The notes beneath the pieces are model-generated. The model saw only the letters and a program-made list of their open reading frames with translations, made no database searches and was not told where the DNA came from. A stretch of DNA of 64,000 nucleotides, taken from Roseibacillus sp. GTDB lineage: Bacteria > Verrucomicrobiota > Verrucomicrobiia > Verrucomicrobiales > Akkermansiaceae. The position numbers were made by a program, and so were the translations under genes. The DNA is taken from contig JBPOGI010000007.1 in assembly GCA_051251855.1 (NCBI GenBank), forward strand, positions 96,001 through 160,000, read 5' to 3'. Shown here piece after piece: positions 60,573-64,000 of the stretch; position 1 is the stretch's first letter; each line of letters begins with the position of its first letter.

Positions 60573-61172
60573 ATGTCTTTACCCGCTATTTCCCAAGTCG
60601 CCGGCACCGCCGTTCCTGTTCTCGGTAACGATATCGACACCGACCGTATCATCCCTGCCCGCTTCATGAAGTGCGTCACTTTCGACGACCTCGCCGAAGG
60701 CATGTTCTACGACGTGAAAAACAATCCCGAGACCGGCGAGAAAACCGACCACCCCCTCAACGACAGCAAATTCGAGGGAGCTTCTATCCTTCTTTCAAAC
60801 TCCAACTTCGGCTGCGGTTCCTCTCGCGAGCACGCCCCTCAGTCCATCTACCGCTCCGGCTACCGCGCTGTCATCGCCGAGTCCTTTGCCGAAATTTTCT
60901 TCGGAAACTCCACTACCTTGGGAATGCCCTGCGTTTGCGCCAGCCACGCAGACATCACCGCCCTTTCGGACTTTGTCACCAAAGCTCCCGAAACACGTAT
61001 CACCATCGATATCGACACCCTCAAGGTCCACTACGCTGACATTTCATTCCCCATCACCCTTCCCAATTCCGCTCGCAGCGCCCTCACCACCGCGAAGTAC
61101 GACCCCTTGGCTGAACTTCTCGAGAACAACGAAGCCATCGAAAAGACCGCCGACGGCCTCGCTTACGTTTAG
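60573..61172 (+). CDS. leuD: 3-isopropylmalate dehydratase small subunit
   Basis: NDIDTDRIIPARF, NFGCGSSREHAP, AVIAESFAEIFFGN. Confidence 0.95.
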   Translation: MSLPAISQVAGTAVPVLGNDIDTDRIIPARFMKCVTFDDLAEGMFYDVKNNPETGEKTDHPLNDSKFEGASILLSNSNFGCGSSREHAPQSIYRSGYRAVIAESFAEIFFGNSTTLGMPCVCASHADITALSDFVTKAPETRITIDIDTLKVHYADISFPITLPNSARSALTTAKYDPLAELLENNEAIEKTADGLAYV

Positions 61173-61187
61173 TCCGACTTCGATCCG

Positions 61188-62579
61188 CTATTTCTTCTGC
61201 AAGCGCCCGCCCGTTCTTCGGCCCGGGCCTATTTTCTTTTGGAAATCATCGCCCAAGTCAGCCCGCATCTCCTCGGCCAGCCTCTGCATGCTCGCCAAGA
61301 TCGCCGGATGCTGATCAATCACGTTTTCGGTCTCCCCGATATCCTCATCCACGTTGTAGAGTTCCAAATCCGACTTGGGCCACAAGTAGGTCCCTCGCAT
61401 GCCATCCTGCCCCGGCTCACTGCGTTCATCGCGCCATTTGTGGGGAAAAATCAGCTTCCATGGCCCCATTCGCATCGCTTCCAAATTGTTGCGGCCATAA
61501 TAGAAAAAGTAAGCCTCCTGCACTGGCCCCTCCACCGCTCCCGAGAGCATGGGCCAAGCATCCTCTCCATCAATCGCGTGCTCTGGCAAAGGAACCTCGA
61601 GTAACCCCGCGATGGTTGGCAACAAGTCTATCGTCATCCAAAGCTCATTCCTCACTAAACCTGCCTCAAATTGAGCTGGCCAACGCATCACACAAGGCAC
61701 CCTCACCCCGCCTTCCCAACTCGTACCCTTGCTTCCCCGTAAAGGCCCCACCAAGCCGCCATGATTCCCATAGGTCATCCACGGCCCGTTATCACTCGTG
61801 AAAATCACCCAAGTATTCTCCGACAACTTGAGCTCATCCAACGTCTTCAAAATTTCCCCCGTGGACCAATCAATTTCTTGCATCACATCTCCATACAAAC
61901 CGTTGGACGAACTCCCCGCCCGTTCCGGCGACACATAAAGTGGCACGTGCGGCTGGGGATGAGCTAAATAGAGAAAGAAGGGACGCTCCTGGTTCTCCCG
62001 AATGAATCGCACCGAACGCTCCGTCAGCCACTTCGTCATATAGGTCTGGTCCTCCACCGTCACAATCACCTCATCGTCTTCAATCAAAGGAAGACGAGGC
62101 CATTTGGGTTTCATTTCAACCGGTCCACTCGGCCACATGTCATTGGAATAGGGATAACCAAAGTAATCATCGAAACCATGATGTACCGGCAAGAACTGCG
62201 GATAATGCCCCAGGTGCCACTTCCCAAAAGCCGCCGTCGCATAACCCGCCTGCTGGCACACCTCCCCCAGAGTTACTTCGTCTTCATGAATGCCATTCTT
62301 GCTCCCAGGCCCCAGCGCCCCCGCGATATCGATTCGGTTAGCATAACACCCCGTCAAAAGCGCCGCCCGCGAAGCAGAACAAACCGCTTGCGCCACATGA
62401 AAATCGGTAAACCGAATCCCCTCCTCCGCCAGCCGATCAATATTTGGCGTCGCCCACCCCTCCGCCCCCTGACAACTCAAGTCCCCATAGCCTAAATCAT
62501 CACAATAGATGAGCACGATATTTGGCCTCTCAGCGAGGATCGGAAGAACCAGAGCAAACAAGAGAATCAAAACTTTCAT
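61188..62579 (-). CDS. Secreted arylsulfatase-like (S1) sulfatase
   Basis: PNIVLIYCDDLGYGD, CSASRAALLTG, GKWHLG, FTSDNGP, EGGVRVP, ELYN..EDIGE. Confidence 0.93.
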   Translation of the reverse strand: MKVLILLFALVLPILAERPNIVLIYCDDLGYGDLSCQGAEGWATPNIDRLAEEGIRFTDFHVAQAVCSASRAALLTGCYANRIDIAGALGPGSKNGIHEDEVTLGEVCQQAGYATAAFGKWHLGHYPQFLPVHHGFDDYFGYPYSNDMWPSGPVEMKPKWPRLPLIEDDEVIVTVEDQTYMTKWLTERSVRFIRENQERPFFLYLAHPQPHVPLYVSPERAGSSSNGLYGDVMQEIDWSTGEILKTLDELKLSENTWVIFTSDNGPWMTYGNHGGLVGPLRGSKGTSWEGGVRVPCVMRWPAQFEAGLVRNELWMTIDLLPTIAGLLEVPLPEHAIDGEDAWPMLSGAVEGPVQEAYFFYYGRNNLEAMRMGPWKLIFPHKWRDERSEPGQDGMRGTYLWPKSDLELYNVDEDIGETENVIDQHPAILASMQRLAEEMRADLGDDFQKKIGPGRRTGGRLQKK

Positions 62580-62692
62580 GACAACTTGTAACCCAGACTC
62601 AGCAAGTAAAGGAAGCACTCAGAGCCCATTGAACCAGAGCCATTCATGCAATTCGCGTCCTAGGTCATACAACTGAAGCAGAAGTTCCTATT

Positions 62693-63802
62693 TCAGACCG
62701 TTGCCCGAAAGACAGAAAACTTCGTCCCGAGGTGCGCAGGATGAGTCAAGGTTTGGAACTGGCGGATAAAGTTCGAATCGACTTGGCCGTCCATTTTGGT
62801 GAGGAAACTGGCGGCGGCTTTGGTGAGAAAGTGGCCTTGGCTGGTGAGCGGTTGGGGGTTGAGGCCGATGGCCTGTGCATCTTCCTCCAAAGCGGTGAAA
62901 TCAACATGGGCGGTGATGTCAAGTTGGCCCAGATTGACCAGCGGATCTTCGTCAGCTTGGTGGCGACCATACGTGCGCAGGGTGCCCGTGGTGCGAGAGG
63001 GATGGTAGAGGTCGTTACGTTCGAAACCGTAGTCAAAGAGAAGAATCTCTCCAGAGGTAAGGACGGACTTCATTTCGGCAAGCAAAGGAGAAAGCGAAGG
63101 GCGGAGTTCGGTTTCGTAGCCTTCGCTGAATGTGTCTTTTACAAGAGCAAGTCGGTCCGAAAGCTCAGAATCGGGCTCGGCGAGTTCAAAGCGGAGGCTT
63201 TCCCCCTCTCTAGCCACCCGTTTTTCCAGCCATTGCCCTTTTTCCCAGCGGATGAGCCAAAAGGACAACGCATCAATGAGTTCGTTTCCAATCACTAAAC
63301 CCGGCTGCGGGGTCAACTCCTTTGCCTTCGCCACCACCTCAGCACCTTCCAAAGCCTCCGCCAGCGCCGCTCGCTTCTGCGGAAGGGGCTCCACCACTGC
63401 GTATTGCAGGGCTTGAGCAAATTCTCCTCCAATTCCCTGCCCTCCGGCCAAAATATCTTTCGCCAAGTCTCCCTGCTCCGCTCCCCACTCCACGACACGA
63501 AAAACCGTCGGCTTCTCCTGCTGTTCCCAAGTCGCGAAGGCATATTCCGCCAAAATCCTCCCAAATAGGGGCCCCACCGAAACCGCCGTGAAAAAGTCCC
63601 CTTCTTTCCCTGTTCGTGACTGTTGGGGACGCGCATAATAGCCCCAATCGGGATGGTACAGCACCAAATCAAAGAACTTTCGGAACGAAATCGGGCCCTC
63701 GGCGTCGATTTCAGCCATGACTTCCTCCGTCAAACGCGCAGTTGCCCCTTGGCCATCTCCTAGGTAAGACTGTGCTCCAGAAAGCTCCTCTGTGGGCTGC
63801 AT
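62693..63802 (-). CDS. MidA/NDUFAF7-type SAM-dependent methyltransferase
   Basis: LYHP..GYY, GKEGDFFTA, EWGA..G.LA.D, NELIDAL, FDYG, G..DITAHVDF. Start uncertain (63802, 63733 or 63718). Confidence 0.88.
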   Translation of the reverse strand: MQPTEELSGAQSYLGDGQGATARLTEEVMAEIDAEGPISFRKFFDLVLYHPDWGYYARPQQSRTGKEGDFFTAVSVGPLFGRILAEYAFATWEQQEKPTVFRVVEWGAEQGDLAKDILAGGQGIGGEFAQALQYAVVEPLPQKRAALAEALEGAEVVAKAKELTPQPGLVIGNELIDALSFWLIRWEKGQWLEKRVAREGESLRFELAEPDSELSDRLALVKDTFSEGYETELRPSLSPLLAEMKSVLTSGEILLFDYGFERNDLYHPSRTTGTLRTYGRHQADEDPLVNLGQLDITAHVDFTALEEDAQAIGLNPQPLTSQGHFLTKAAASFLTKMDGQVDSNFIRQFQTLTHPAHLGTKFSVFRATV

Positions 63803-63811
63803 TCCTTTCTC

Positions 63812-64000
63812 ATGAACAAGAAGCGAAACCAACGCAAGACCAAGCAGCCCTTTTACAAGCGCCGGGGTATCTACCTCTTCCTATTGGTCTGCACCCTAGT
63901 CGGAATCGTCGTCACCCTCCTGTTCTATCAAGTCTACCTGAAGCCCTTCCGCGAACGCGCCCTTGATAACTATGACTACAGCAAGGTCGATGATGTTGAG
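63812..64000 (+). CDS. N-terminus of a membrane-anchored protein, possibly a class A penicillin-binding protein; truncated by window edge
   Basis: Open frame MNKKRNQRKTKQPFYKRRGIYLFLLVCTLVGIVVTLLFYQVYLKPFRERALDNYDYSKVDDVE: basic N-terminus plus one TM helix. The product is a guess. Confidence 0.5.
   Translation, partial: MNKKRNQRKTKQPFYKRRGIYLFLLVCTLVGIVVTLLFYQVYLKPFRERALDNYDYSKVDDVE

Noticed and set aside
1..64000. Global UGA reassignment (genetic code 4 or 25) as explanation for the in-frame TGAs
   Set aside because: TGA is used as a genuine stop in coupled ATGA/GTGA overlaps (528, 2186, 2620, 11763, 20383), and the long genes contain no internal TGA.
1..64000. CRISPR array, rRNA, tRNA (including tRNA-Sec), transposase, integrase or prophage genes
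   Set aside because: No regularly spaced repeats, cloverleaf-like sequence or matching protein motifs were recognised by eye. A tRNAscan-SE/Infernal run would be needed to exclude small RNAs.

Overview
A 64-kb chromosomal segment of a bacterium that is most likely a Verrucomicrobiota member. This is inferred from a PEP-CTERM protein, PVC-type redox proteins, a DUF1592/DUF1552 pair, GYF-DUF4190 proteins and a sulfatase. About 58 protein-coding genes are present. Housekeeping genes include nusA-infB-rbfA, ftsH, rpsN, leuD, a CCA-adding enzyme, coaX and trhO. There are also two divergent ammonium transporters (one with a sigma-54 promoter), an exported Ni-superoxide dismutase, a BLUF photoreceptor, an eboD-eboF pair, a GH13_18 phosphorylase and several secreted redox proteins. 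No rRNA, tRNA, CRISPR array or transposase was recognised. The most striking signal is two unrelated secreted-protein genes, each split by a single in-frame TGA followed by a SECIS-like hairpin. One is a thioredoxin-fold protein with a W-U-x-x-C active site (3185..4480). The other is an SHD1-like protein with U inside a GGG-U-GGG loop (59741..60439, minus strand). Both are candidate selenoproteins that the ORF caller broke. Also notable are an orphan integron-like gene cassette, REP/REPIN-type repeats, a nusA leader terminator without rimP, apparent leaderless promoters, and a coaX gene lacking a canonical start codon. All family calls come from motif recognition by eye, not database searches.
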